Virus record (IMG/VR): IMGVR_UViG_3300042350_004191
Location: 124,001-188,000 of that record
Strand: one strand, 5' to 3'
Length of the DNA: 64,000 nucleotides
Shown: piece by piece, positions 1-9,381 of the stretch
Layout: each line of letters begins with the position of its first letter
Position numbering within the stretch: the first letter of the stretch is position 1
The notes under the pieces: model-generated
Seen by the model: only the letters and a program-made list of their open reading frames with translations
Databases searched by the model: none
What the model was told of the DNA's origin: nothing
Program-made: the position numbers and the translations under genes

Positions 1-2
1 CG

Positions 3-3000
3 CTGGCAAACAGATCTTTCGGTATTAATTCAAATACATCCAACATATCTAGTAATTCTGTTGGGATTTATACTACAAATACAAATGTAAACCTTAGTTC
101 ATTCGCAGTCGGTGGTCGGAATAATACTGTGGTGAATAATTCTTTTGGTTTGAATTCTTTAAATTCAAACATATCTGGTAATTCTGTAGGGATAAATGTA
201 AATTCATCTAATTTACTATTGAGTTCATTAGGTATAAACTCTTTAAACAGTTCTATAACTTCAGGCTTTGCTCACAATTCAATTAGCGTACAATCCATAA
301 GCTCTATAGCATTAAACACGACAAATTCTCAATTGAGCAGTTCTGTTATTGTAATAGGTAACAATAATGCAGTGAACAATTCAGTATTGTTTAATGGTAA
401 TAACAATCTTACACAGGACAATTCGGTTGCGATTTCTTCTAATTCAAACAATCTAAGTGCAAATGCATTTTCTACATTATCAAATACTGTAACAGCAAGA
501 AGAAATGCTACTGTTTTTAATTCTACAAACAGCGTAGTATCTTCGAATGCAATACAAATAAATGGTATTAATAACAATGTTGATAATAATAGTATTTCTA
601 TTTTAGGAAGCACAAATACTATAACCTTAACCTCTGTTGGTATTGTTTCTGATGTTAGTAGAATCATTAACAACTCAACAAACATTAACAGTTTAAGAAA
701 TATTGTTTCTGCAAGATCTGTTTCAATAAACACAGGTTCTACAACTTTGATAGATAAAGGAATTGCAATCGGTTCTTTAAATTCAAACGTATCTACTGGT
801 TCTATAAGTTTTAATAGTAATAGCGTAATTTTACAATTAAGTGGTATAGATATATCTGGACGCAGTAATACTGTCCAAAATAGATCCACAAATATAAACG
901 GAAGTAATAACACGGTCCAAAATGACAGTGCTACATTTAATACTATAAACAGTACAGCCTCTGCAAATTCACTAATCTTTGGTGGTGGCTTAAACAGATC
1001 AGTTATCAATTCACTTGTAATGAATTCAAGTGGTAGTAGAGCATCTGATGGTAGTTCTGTCATAGGTGGAAGATCTACTACCGCAAATTTAAGTTCTGCT
1101 GCAATTAATACATTCAATTCTCAAATAAATGGCATTAACTCTTTAGTTTTGGGTGGTAGTGGTCATAATTTTAGATCAGGAAATTCTGTATATTTAGGCG
1201 GTAAAGATAACGAAGCTGCTTCTACATACGGAGGAACTACCATTGGTGATAAATCTATAATTTTAGGTGGTGAAAAGGTTAGAATAGGATCTAATAGTAT
1301 TGCAGTTGGAGGACTAAACAACAATTTACAAAATGGTTCTATTACACTCGGTGGTAGTGGAAATGATACAGCATCTTTCAGTAATGTTGTTATTATAGGA
1401 AGAAACAACGTGACAGCAAACAGGGGTGACATAGTTTATCTTCCTGAAATTAATGCTTTGGGTAACTTAACAATCACAGGTAACGTATCCGCTTCTGGTA
1501 CATTTACAAATGTCAGTACTACCACAGGCACAGTTTCTTCTTTGGAATTAAATAACCTTTTATATCCTTTACATACTCTGGTTGTTAATCAAAACACACA
1601 AGCAGGAAATACTTTTGAAACTGCATTGTTTAGTTTTTACAACAACCCAAGAATGTCTGTTAACAACACTGGCGTTGCAATTAATACATTTGAAAGAACA
1701 ACCAATCCAAATCAAGCATTAACTGTTAAAGGTAATGTGTCTGCATCTGGAGGAATGAACCTTGAAGGAACATTAAATTTGGGTTTTGATACAAACTTGT
1801 ATCGTTCTGATACCAATGTTCTCAAAACAGATGACAATTTAAATGTTGGAATATTAGCAACAGGAAACACAGACAACGTAATAACACACAGTTCAAATAC
1901 ATTACAACAAAGAAATATAAATCCTAGAGCATGGGATACTACAGCGACTTTCTTGAGTGGTAGTCCAACAGTAAATCGTGTTGTTAAACTCACAAATACA
2001 AACACAATAGGTGATACTATTATTACAGATACAGGAACTAATGTCGGTATCAATACAACTACACCTAATGAAAGATTAACAGTTGTTGGTAATATAAGTT
2101 CTAATGCAGCTTTACAGTTGTCCGAAGGTACAACACAAAGTAATGGTATACAATTTGGAACAGATACAAATATATATCGCTCTACTACCAATTTATTAAA
2201 AACTGATGACAGTTTAGAGGTTACATTAAACTTAAGAGTCAGCGGTGATACAATTTTGGGTGACACTAATAACGACACTTTAACTGTACTTGCTGCACCT
2301 ATCAATTTAACCAATGCAACAACAAATACAAAAGCTTTGATATTTGGAACAGACACGAACCTTTACAGACCAAACGCTGATTTGCTCAAAACTGACGATA
2401 GTTTAGAAGTTACATTAAATTTAAGAGTAAGTGGTAATACAATTTTAGGCGATACTAATGATGATACAGTAACAATTTTAGCTGGTCCAATTAATTTGAC
2501 TAATGCAACTCAAGCATCTGATGCTTTAATTTTTGGAACTGATACGAATCTTTATCGTTCAACAACCGACACCTTAAGAACAGATGATAATTTTGTTATA
2601 GGAACATTAACAACAAATACAAACGGTAATAGTATAATAGTTGAAAACTCTGGAAAATTAGAAAAAAGAACAGTAAATCCAGATATTTGGGATACTAATG
2701 CAAATTTTGTAAGTGCTGTTTCTTTAAATTCTTTTATTCAAAATCGTGTATTAAAAGCAGATAATGCTGCTGGTATTACAAACAGTATTATTACAGATAA
2801 TGGAACTAGAATAGGAATCAATACTGCTGTTCCTTCTGGGACGTTTCATGTTTCTGGTAATACGCCTACTGGTGGTAGTAGTATTTGGGTATCTGGTCAG
2901 ATTCCCCATCTTACAATAAGTGAGTCAGACGCATCAACCGATAATAAAAATTGGGATATTACAACAGATATTGAAAATATTTATTTTAGAGCAGTAAATG

Positions 3001-5384
3001 ATGCTTATAACGCAGCAAACAATTATTTAATCGCTAATAGAACAGGCATTAATATTGATAGTGTTGTATTTCCTAATGGTAATATTGGTATAGGGACAGG
3101 TACAGGTACGCCTAACGAAAAATTAACAGTCATTGGATATATAAGTGCTAGTAGACCAAGTGGTGGAATAGGAAATATGGCCTTTGTCAATCCATATGAG
3201 GCTGGTGTTTCATTTATAAACACAACCACAAATCAACAATGGGACATTTTAAATAGTGCTCCATCCTCTCCTTTATTGGGAGGAACCTTGGCTTTTTATA
3301 ATAGGAATTTACCAGCTTCTGTGATGACTCTTTCTGGATTTAATGTTGGTATAGGGACATCATCACCAAATGAAAGATTAACAGTTAATGGAAATATAAG
3401 TGCTAATGGTGGTTTATACTTAAATTCAAACAATACTGATGCCACAGGAATTCGTTTTGGATCAGATGCTAACTTATATCGTTCCAATACAAACACATTA
3501 CAAACCGATGATACGTTTGTTATAGGTCAAAGTGCAGTTATACTCGGTACATTTTTACAAAATGCAAATACATCAAATGCTGTAGCAGTTAGAGATACCA
3601 ATACAGGCACATTAGTTGGTAAAACTATAAATTCCAGAATGTGGGACACTAATGCTACTTTCTTAAGTGCGGATTCTAGTCCAACATTAAATTCTGTACA
3701 AAAATATACGGGTCCTAATAGTCTAGGTGATACGGCTATTATAGACGATGGTTCTAATATATTTCTTAATAATAATACAATAGTTGATGATAGGCTTTTT
3801 ACAATACAAGACGATGCCTTTCCACAAATCCAATTACAAGATAGAACATATGTAAGCAACTTACCTACCAACAGATGGGCAATGTGGGTTAATATGGCAG
3901 ATATTAATAGCGGTCTTAATAAACCACTAATAATAGGGCCGTTGAATCAAGCTGGTTCTGGTAATGGATTATTAACATTAACTAGACCGTCTAGTACTAC
4001 AAATGCAATCGGTAGCGTTGGTATAGGTACGTTTGGACCATTAGCAACATTAGATGTCAATGGTACTGTGAGGGTTGGTACATTAAATATCGGCACAACA
4101 AATAACGTAGTAACACATAATAGCAATATTCTTCAAACAAGAAATATCAATCCTAGAGCATGGGATACTACTGCAAGTTTCTTGAGCGGTTCTGTTACTA
4201 ACAACACAATCCTTAAAGGTTCTGGACCAAATGCTGCTCAAAACAGTAATATTACTGACAGTGGAACAACTGTAAGTGTTGCAGGAAACGAATTTGAACT
4301 TAAAAAAGCTTCTGGAGCAGTCAACTTTAGATTATTTAATGGGACCACAAACAACTGGCTTATTGACCATAATACAACTGCTGGTGTATTAAATTTTGCA
4401 TATGGTGCAGGTGGTTCTAATACTAATAGACTTATATTAGATGCTACTAACCAACTTGTTAATGTACCTAATCGTTTACTGGTTAATGGTGCTGCTAATA
4501 ACGGGTCTTATAGTGCTATTGTAAATGGTAATATTCTAGCAGAAGATGCAGATGTTTTTGGTAATAATATATATGCAAGAACACTAACAAATACCATTAG
4601 TAGTCAGGTTGGATTAATAGCTGGTACTACTAATGCGGCGGGTTACATTGCATGGAACAGGCCAGATGGTCAAAGAATGGCATACATGGGTTGGAACACA
4701 AGTGGTAAAAATAATTTACATTTACAATTAGAGCGCACTGCATCATTTTATATTGGTGGTGGTAAAGTGGGTATCAATACATCTCATGAGAATTTACCAT
4801 CTAACCTTACCGTAAATGGGACGGTATCGGCTACGCAGTTTTATGGTGAAGGTGTAGTTCCTGTTGGAATGATTATGGCATACACTGCCACAACAGCCCC
4901 TGATGGATGGTTACACTGTAATGGTGAAACTATTCCCGCAACCGGAACTTCTATTCAAAATGTGGCTGTTACTAAATTACAAGCATTAAGAGCACATTTA
5001 TCAACTAGATTTGGTGTTGCTGGTCAATTGCCAGACCTTCGTGGTGAATTTATAAGAGGATGGTCAAGTACTAGAACAGGTGTTGGAGACGATAGTAGAG
5101 TATTTGGATCCGCACAAAGTGATGCTATAAGGAATATTTCAGGTTCTTTTGGTGGTGTAAATGGTGGAGCTAGTGTTGCTTATCAATGGGGATTTAGGCC
5201 CGGATCAGGTACTGGTCCATTTTCTGTACCTTATTCAAGAGGTGAATATAACAAATACAACGGTCTGTATTATCCAGCCGCTGGTGTAGCAGATTCAGTT
5301 TTCTTTAATGCTGCTCTTCAAGTTCCTACTGCTGCTGATAACCGTCCTAGAAACATAGCATTAATGTATTGTATTAAATACTAA
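3..5384 (+). CDS. Long tail fibre protein, 5'-truncated; Asn/Ser beta-solenoid, repeated shaft modules, C-terminal tail-collar domain
   Basis: Frame is open from nt 3, so the GTG at 129 is not the true start. N-terminal ~14-aa Asn/Ser repeats; repeated NVGINTTTPNERLTVVGN and FGTDTNLYRS...LKTDD modules; C-terminal collar signature PVGMIMAY...APDGWLHCNG...LPDLRGEFIRGW...RPRNIALMYCIKY. Confidence 0.9.
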   Translation: MANRSFGINSNTSNISSNSVGIYTTNTNVNLSSFAVGGRNNTVVNNSFGLNSLNSNISGNSVGINVNSSNLLLSSLGINSLNSSITSGFAHNSISVQSISSIALNTTNSQLSSSVIVIGNNNAVNNSVLFNGNNNLTQDNSVAISSNSNNLSANAFSTLSNTVTARRNATVFNSTNSVVSSNAIQINGINNNVDNNSISILGSTNTITLTSVGIVSDVSRIINNSTNINSLRNIVSARSVSINTGSTTLIDKGIAIGSLNSNVSTGSISFNSNSVILQLSGIDISGRSNTVQNRSTNINGSNNTVQNDSATFNTINSTASANSLIFGGGLNRSVINSLVMNSSGSRASDGSSVIGGRSTTANLSSAAINTFNSQINGINSLVLGGSGHNFRSGNSVYLGGKDNEAASTYGGTTIGDKSIILGGEKVRIGSNSIAVGGLNNNLQNGSITLGGSGNDTASFSNVVIIGRNNVTANRGDIVYLPEINALGNLTITGNVSASGTFTNVSTTTGTVSSLELNNLLYPLHTLVVNQNTQAGNTFETALFSFYNNPRMSVNNTGVAINTFERTTNPNQALTVKGNVSASGGMNLEGTLNLGFDTNLYRSDTNVLKTDDNLNVGILATGNTDNVITHSSNTLQQRNINPRAWDTTATFLSGSPTVNRVVKLTNTNTIGDTIITDTGTNVGINTTTPNERLTVVGNISSNAALQLSEGTTQSNGIQFGTDTNIYRSTTNLLKTDDSLEVTLNLRVSGDTILGDTNNDTLTVLAAPINLTNATTNTKALIFGTDTNLYRPNADLLKTDDSLEVTLNLRVSGNTILGDTNDDTVTILAGPINLTNATQASDALIFGTDTNLYRSTTDTLRTDDNFVIGTLTTNTNGNSIIVENSGKLEKRTVNPDIWDTNANFVSAVSLNSFIQNRVLKADNAAGITNSIITDNGTRIGINTAVPSGTFHVSGNTPTGGSSIWVSGQIPHLTISESDASTDNKNWDITTDIENIYFRAVNDAYNAANNYLIANRTGINIDSVVFPNGNIGIGTGTGTPNEKLTVIGYISASRPSGGIGNMAFVNPYEAGVSFINTTTNQQWDILNSAPSSPLLGGTLAFYNRNLPASVMTLSGFNVGIGTSSPNERLTVNGNISANGGLYLNSNNTDATGIRFGSDANLYRSNTNTLQTDDTFVIGQSAVILGTFLQNANTSNAVAVRDTNTGTLVGKTINSRMWDTNATFLSADSSPTLNSVQKYTGPNSLGDTAIIDDGSNIFLNNNTIVDDRLFTIQDDAFPQIQLQDRTYVSNLPTNRWAMWVNMADINSGLNKPLIIGPLNQAGSGNGLLTLTRPSSTTNAIGSVGIGTFGPLATLDVNGTVRVGTLNIGTTNNVVTHNSNILQTRNINPRAWDTTASFLSGSVTNNTILKGSGPNAAQNSNITDSGTTVSVAGNEFELKKASGAVNFRLFNGTTNNWLIDHNTTAGVLNFAYGAGGSNTNRLILDATNQLVNVPNRLLVNGAANNGSYSAIVNGNILAEDADVFGNNIYARTLTNTISSQVGLIAGTTNAAGYIAWNRPDGQRMAYMGWNTSGKNNLHLQLERTASFYIGGGKVGINTSHENLPSNLTVNGTVSATQFYGEGVVPVGMIMAYTATTAPDGWLHCNGETIPATGTSIQNVAVTKLQALRAHLSTRFGVAGQLPDLRGEFIRGWSSTRTGVGDDSRVFGSAQSDAIRNISGSFGGVNGGASVAYQWGFRPGSGTGPFSVPYSRGEYNKYNGLYYPAAGVADSVFFNAALQVPTAADNRPRNIALMYCIKY
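2150..2600 (+). repeat. Tandem ~63-codon (189 bp) repeat in tail fibre shaft
   Basis: FGTDTN(I/L)YR...LLKTDDSLEVTLNLRVSG(D/N)TILGDTN(N/D)DT...PINLTNAT occurs twice plus a partial third copy, similar at DNA level. Confidence 0.85.
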
Positions 5385-5420
5385 TTTATTGATTATTTAA
5401 AATATTGTTTAAATACACAT

Positions 5421-5576
5421 ATGGAATCAAATGATCAAAAAATAGATAAAGATCATGCAGAGATTTTAATTGCTCGTTTACAAGCTCAAAGAAATGATGC
5501 TTTAAATCAGGTTGTTACTCTAGAAACAGAACTTATAAAAGCCCAAAAGCTTATAGGAGAATTGCAAAAAAAATAA
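5421..5576 (+). CDS. Small coiled-coil protein (51 aa), possible fibre assembly factor
   Basis: Not in ORF track. MESNDQKIDKDHAEILIARLQAQRNDALNQVVTLETELIKAQKLIGELQKK; TAAATA motif 5 nt upstream of ATG. Confidence 0.65.
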   Translation: MESNDQKIDKDHAEILIARLQAQRNDALNQVVTLETELIKAQKLIGELQKK

Positions 5577-5596
5577 AATATCCATAGGTATTTCAG

Positions 5597-5603
5597 ATAA
5601 ATA
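5597..5603 (+). promoter_or_regulatory. T4-type late promoter (ATAAATA) for lysis cassette
   Basis: Matches gp55-dependent TATAAATA core; 5 nt before ATG 5609. Confidence 0.6.
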
Positions 5604-5608
5604 CCTAT

Positions 5609-5878
5609 ATGAATAAATTGTTGTTTTTGACTGTTTTTTTGACTGGTTGTGTTTGTTTAAATCCAGAACACAAAAAAAGTGCTCCTCCTATTGCCAGTAC
5701 AGGTGAGGTTATTGAGTCTTTAGAAAAAACCAAAACTGAATTAGAGAAAGCTGGCGAATCTAATACTATTGTCGGTGACAAAGTAGAAAAAGCATTAACT
5801 TTGGCTGAAAGACTTGAAAATCTTTTAGAACAAATTGAAGAGACAAACTCTAAAATTGTAAAGGAACCAATTAAATGA
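5609..5878 (+). CDS. Lipoprotein, candidate outer-membrane spanin subunit
   Basis: Lipobox MNKLLFLTVFLTG-C followed by coiled coil; first gene of lysis cassette. Confidence 0.6.
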   Translation: MNKLLFLTVFLTGCVCLNPEHKKSAPPIASTGEVIESLEKTKTELEKAGESNTIVGDKVEKALTLAERLENLLEQIEETNSKIVKEPIK

Positions 5879-6390
5879 AAAAAATAATTCCATTAATTAT
5901 ATTATTAACATTAAGCACTACAAGTTTCGGTCAATTTTGGAAACCAAAACCAAAAGCTACACCAAAGCCTACTCCTGTAGTTGTTGAAAAAACAAAAACG
6001 CCTGTTCAAGATGCTAAATTAATTGTCAAAGAATTAAAAAATGAATTAAATTTAGCAAAAACAGAAAATACAAAGTTAAAAGAAAATTTAACAAAAGCAA
6101 AATCTGATTTAAATAACAGTTTTGTTCAAATTGACAAACTTAAAAAAGACATTGATACATTAAAAGAATGGGGTGTTGTCCAACAAGCAGAAGCTCAAAA
6201 GTGGCTACAAAAATATACCGATGCAGTTAAAAGATATCATAGATTAAAGTTAATCGCTGCAATCATAGCCGCTGCTGGTGGTGTATTATTGGGTTTACAG
6301 TTTATGAACATGGTTCCTCCACCATATAATTTATTAGTACCTATCGGTGGTGCTAGTTTATTTGCAATATTAGTCTGGTTATTTTTATAA
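5875..6390 (+). CDS. Membrane-anchored coiled-coil protein, candidate inner-membrane spanin subunit
   Basis: N-terminal signal/TM segment, Pro/Lys linker, long heptad region, two C-terminal hydrophobic helices; ATGA-type overlap with lipoprotein gene. Confidence 0.5.
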   Translation: MKKIIPLIILLTLSTTSFGQFWKPKPKATPKPTPVVVEKTKTPVQDAKLIVKELKNELNLAKTENTKLKENLTKAKSDLNNSFVQIDKLKKDIDTLKEWGVVQQAEAQKWLQKYTDAVKRYHRLKLIAAIIAAAGGVLLGLQFMNMVPPPYNLLVPIGGASLFAILVWLFL

Positions 6391-6391
6391 A

Positions 6392-6868
6392 ATGATAGCA
6401 GGAATTAATAATGCAATAAAAAGTGCCTTGGCTTTTTTAAGTAGTACAAAAGCTCCTCCTAATGCATCTATAGAATTAAGAGATGCAATGAAAAGAGAAA
6501 ATCATTTTGCTTCTAAAAAGTTTTTTATCGCAGTTACTTCTTTTGTAGGTCTTCTTTTATTTTATTTTAGTAGTGTAGTAATACTATTTTTCTTGCCACC
6601 GGATAATAATGGTGTGGTTTCAGGTTATATAACAATTTTCACTAAAACTATTGAGGTATTGGCAATTATAATTGCTGCATATTTGGGTGTACAGGCTGCT
6701 GTTGATTTGAAATATAATAGTTCATCAAATCAAACTTTCGAATCTATTAAAAGTGTAGAACAAATAGATGAAAAAATTATAACTGAACAGACAATCAAGT
6801 ATGCTGAAGTTTACAAAAACGATCCTTCATATGCCCCTATTGAATGGGCAATGAAATATGATGAATAA
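6392..6868 (+). CDS. Holin-like membrane protein
   Basis: Two TM segments (FFIAVTSFVGLLLFYFSSVVILFFL; LAIIIAAYLGVQAAV); immediately upstream of endolysin. Confidence 0.55.
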   Translation: MIAGINNAIKSALAFLSSTKAPPNASIELRDAMKRENHFASKKFFIAVTSFVGLLLFYFSSVVILFFLPPDNNGVVSGYITIFTKTIEVLAIIIAAYLGVQAAVDLKYNSSSNQTFESIKSVEQIDEKIITEQTIKYAEVYKNDPSYAPIEWAMKYDE

Positions 6869-6869
6869 T

Positions 6870-7568
6870 ATGAAAGAATCATTAAAAAAAGGAAGTTTTG
6901 GAGAAGAAGTAAAACAATGGCAACTTTTTTTACAAAGTGCAGGTTATAAAATACCTTATGTTGATGGTGCTTTTGGTCCTACAACAGAAAGAGAAACATT
7001 AAAGTTTCAAACAGCTAATGGTTTAAAACCTGATGGTGTTGTTGGACCCAAAACATGGAAGTTTGTCACTACAGTCAGTAATAATACACCTTTATCTCAG
7101 AAGTGGCCCAAACAAAATTATACTTCTATGGTTAATTTTTATGGTCCAGTTGGAGAAAACCAAACAAAAATTAATTTACCTTATAAATTAAAAATTGCAT
7201 GGGACAAAGGAACGACATTAAACAAAATTACTTGTCATCAAAAAGTTGCTAAGTCTCTTTATACTATTTTCGAGAATACATTAAACACTTATGGTGAGAA
7301 AGAGATTGCCAGATTAAAACTTGATGTATTTGGTGGCTGTTTAAATGTTCGTAAAATGCGCGGAGGCTCTGCGTGGTCTATTCATTCTTGGGGTGCTGCT
7401 ATAGATTTAGATCCAGACAACAATCAACTTAAATGGACCAAAGATAAAGCTACATTTGGTAAAAAAGAATATGTTCCTTTTTGGGAAATTGTTGAAAAAG
7501 AAGGCTGGATTAGTTTGGGTAGAGAACGTAATTATGACTGGATGCATTTCCAAGCAGCATTACTATAA
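6870..7568 (+). CDS. Endolysin: PG-binding domain plus M15-family Zn peptidase
   Basis: LKKGSFGEEVKQWQLFL...VDGAFG...FQTANGLKPDGVVGPKTW (PG_binding_1); R...SIHSWGAAIDLD...DWMHFQ (M15). Alternative start 6858. Confidence 0.9.
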   Translation: MKESLKKGSFGEEVKQWQLFLQSAGYKIPYVDGAFGPTTERETLKFQTANGLKPDGVVGPKTWKFVTTVSNNTPLSQKWPKQNYTSMVNFYGPVGENQTKINLPYKLKIAWDKGTTLNKITCHQKVAKSLYTIFENTLNTYGEKEIARLKLDVFGGCLNVRKMRGGSAWSIHSWGAAIDLDPDNNQLKWTKDKATFGKKEYVPFWEIVEKEGWISLGRERNYDWMHFQAALL

Positions 7569-7874
7569 ATGAAGGACGATTTAGACAGAATTTATCAAAC
7601 ACATGTACAGGGCAAACAAACATTGCCTTTAGCTCATTTATCAAGTGGTCCAGAATTTGTTCCCCAATTTCAAAGAGATCCAGAAAGTCTTAAATTTGAG
7701 CAAAATTGTCTTTCACAATTAATTAATATATCAAAGGAGGACGATATTGAGAAAAATATTCAACCAGTTAACAATTCTCCCACAGAAACAATTAAGAGAT
7801 ATAGCTTTGAGGACGCTTTAAGAGAATTAAAAGAATTTGAAGATAATTTAAATAAGTTAAAATCTTCTTCTTAA
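7569..7874 (+). CDS. Hypothetical protein
   Basis: 101-aa ORF abutting endolysin stop. Confidence 0.65.
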   Translation: MKDDLDRIYQTHVQGKQTLPLAHLSSGPEFVPQFQRDPESLKFEQNCLSQLINISKEDDIEKNIQPVNNSPTETIKRYSFEDALRELKEFEDNLNKLKSSS

Positions 7875-7891
7875 ATTATAATCACCTTATA

Positions 7892-8353
7892 TTAATAAGT
7901 CAAATTATTTTTTTGTAAAAACTCAATTTCTTCACCGTTTAAGTCTATTGAGCGATAATTTAAGTATAAACCAATAGTAGTATTAAACTGTAAGTCTGTA
8001 AAATGTGTGTTTTTGTATAATTTTTTTATTATACTTTTAATTTTACCTGTAAACTTAATATAATTCTCGAATTTACAAGTAAAGACAGAGTTTACACATG
8101 GGTTATAAATTATAATACCCTTAGAAGATAATAATTTTTGAGCTTTCTTAAATAAGAAAACTTGTTCTTTGATTGAACTAATGAGATAATCTTCAAAATA
8201 ACTTATTTTATCGGGTATTTTAAAGTTTTCTGTTAAAAGACCCCATTCATCTATATATTTGAATAGGTTTTCTTCAATTACATTTGTGTAATTGTTTAAT
8301 TTAAAAATCAATAAACGATGTTTTACTGAATAAACTGCAAAATCATTGATCAT
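7892..8353 (-). CDS. Hypothetical protein
   Basis: 153-aa ORF, last of an overlapping - strand gene run. Confidence 0.65.
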   Translation of the reverse strand: MINDFAVYSVKHRLLIFKLNNYTNVIEENLFKYIDEWGLLTENFKIPDKISYFEDYLISSIKEQVFLFKKAQKLLSSKGIIIYNPCVNSVFTCKFENYIKFTGKIKSIIKKLYKNTHFTDLQFNTTIGLYLNYRSIDLNGEEIEFLQKNNLTY

Positions 8354-8618
8354 CAGAAGATATTATAACATCTTTTATAATATCTTCCAGCATAATATTT
8401 TCACTTTGTTCACTTAATCTATTGAGATATTCGGGTCCTCTAACATGTATTTTACCGTAGGGGTTAAATAAACAACCACTGCCTACAGATTTAGAACCAC
8501 AATAAATACAAACGGTAGGATCACCTGTATGGACATGAATTTTAGTAGGAGAAAATAAACATCCACTACCATAACTCCTTGAACCACAGTATATACATTC
8601 TGTTCTTTTATTGCTCAT
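8343..8618 (-). CDS. Tandem Cys/His zinc-finger-like protein
   Basis: Two copies of CIYCGSxSxGSGCLFxPxxxIHV (C-x2-C-x8-C-x7/8-H). Confidence 0.7.
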   Translation of the reverse strand: MSNKRTECIYCGSRSYGSGCLFSPTKIHVHTGDPTVCIYCGSKSVGSGCLFNPYGKIHVRGPEYLNRLSEQSENIMLEDIIKDVIISSDDQ

Positions 8619-9099
8619 ACAATCTTTCTTTGTTTTTTTCTAAAAATTCTTCTAATGATTGGATTAAATAACGGTTTTGATATATATGGTAATTTTCTTT
8701 ATATAAATCTGAAGAAAATTTGGTCATATCATAAACAACAAATATTCCTTTATTATTTATTTTAAAATATAACAACCACTTAGATTTTTGGGTTTCCGAT
8801 GCTTGTTTAATCCATCCATCCAACAAAGCATTTTGACCCAAAAACAAACCACTAAACGAGAAATCTTTATAGGATTTACATTCCATAGAGATGTGACTTA
8901 ATTCTGATGGAACGATAATATCACCATCAGCCAAAAGTTTTTGCTCCTCTGTCAGGGTTTCATACCGAAAAGCGTTTTTACCGCCCACATAGGCTCCAGA
9001 ATTGGGTATTCTTTGAAAGTTTAGACCAAAGGTTTTACTTAATATTTCACAAATCTGTCTTTCGAATGCTTTCCCTTTATTTTTGTTTTTGTTTGCCAT
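8608..9099 (-). CDS. Holliday junction resolvase-like PD-(D/E)XK nuclease
   Basis: KGKAFERQI...FQRIPNSGA...GDIIVP...MECKSY, Hjc-type motif order. Confidence 0.75.
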   Translation of the reverse strand: MANKNKNKGKAFERQICEILSKTFGLNFQRIPNSGAYVGGKNAFRYETLTEEQKLLADGDIIVPSELSHISMECKSYKDFSFSGLFLGQNALLDGWIKQASETQKSKWLLYFKINNKGIFVVYDMTKFSSDLYKENYHIYQNRYLIQSLEEFLEKNKERLYEQ

Positions 9100-9361
9100 T
9101 TTTCTTTTTCTTTAATTTGTTTTTTGATAGCTTTGGTAGTTTTAAATTTTTATTGGATAAAGATTGTTGATTAATAAGTTCAGGAAAGTTTCTTTTCTGT
9201 ATAGCACCCTTAAAAGGTAATCCATGGTAGCCCGTAGAATAAGAATCTTGATTTTGTAATTGATTACCAGTTTGTATAGAAGCTGATGGTAATGAACCAT
9301 AAACACCAGCAACATCCATTTCTTCTATAACACTTAAAATAATTTGTTGTAATTCATTCAT
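9077..9361 (-). CDS. Hypothetical protein with basic C-terminus
   Basis: 94-aa ORF divergent from uvsY; TATAAT 6 nt upstream. Confidence 0.6.
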   Translation of the reverse strand: MNELQQIILSVIEEMDVAGVYGSLPSASIQTGNQLQNQDSYSTGYHGLPFKGAIQKRNFPELINQQSLSNKNLKLPKLSKNKLKKKKNGKQKQK

Positions 9362-9381
9362 AACTGTATTATAATATATTT
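9347..9381. promoter_or_regulatory. Bidirectional promoter with palindromic -10 (TATTATAATA)
   Basis: + strand TTGTAA(9347)-17-TATAAT(9370)-6-ATG(9382); - strand TATAAT(9373-9368)-6-ATG(9361). Confidence 0.7.

Noticed and set aside
329-3871. Long antisense ORFs opposite the tail fibre (and similar shadow ORFs opposite other genes)
   Set aside because: They mirror biased codon usage of the sense gene and have no motifs or expression signals
4850-5420. Diversity-generating retroelement targeting the fibre tip
   Set aside because: No reverse transcriptase and no adenine-variant template copy in this window
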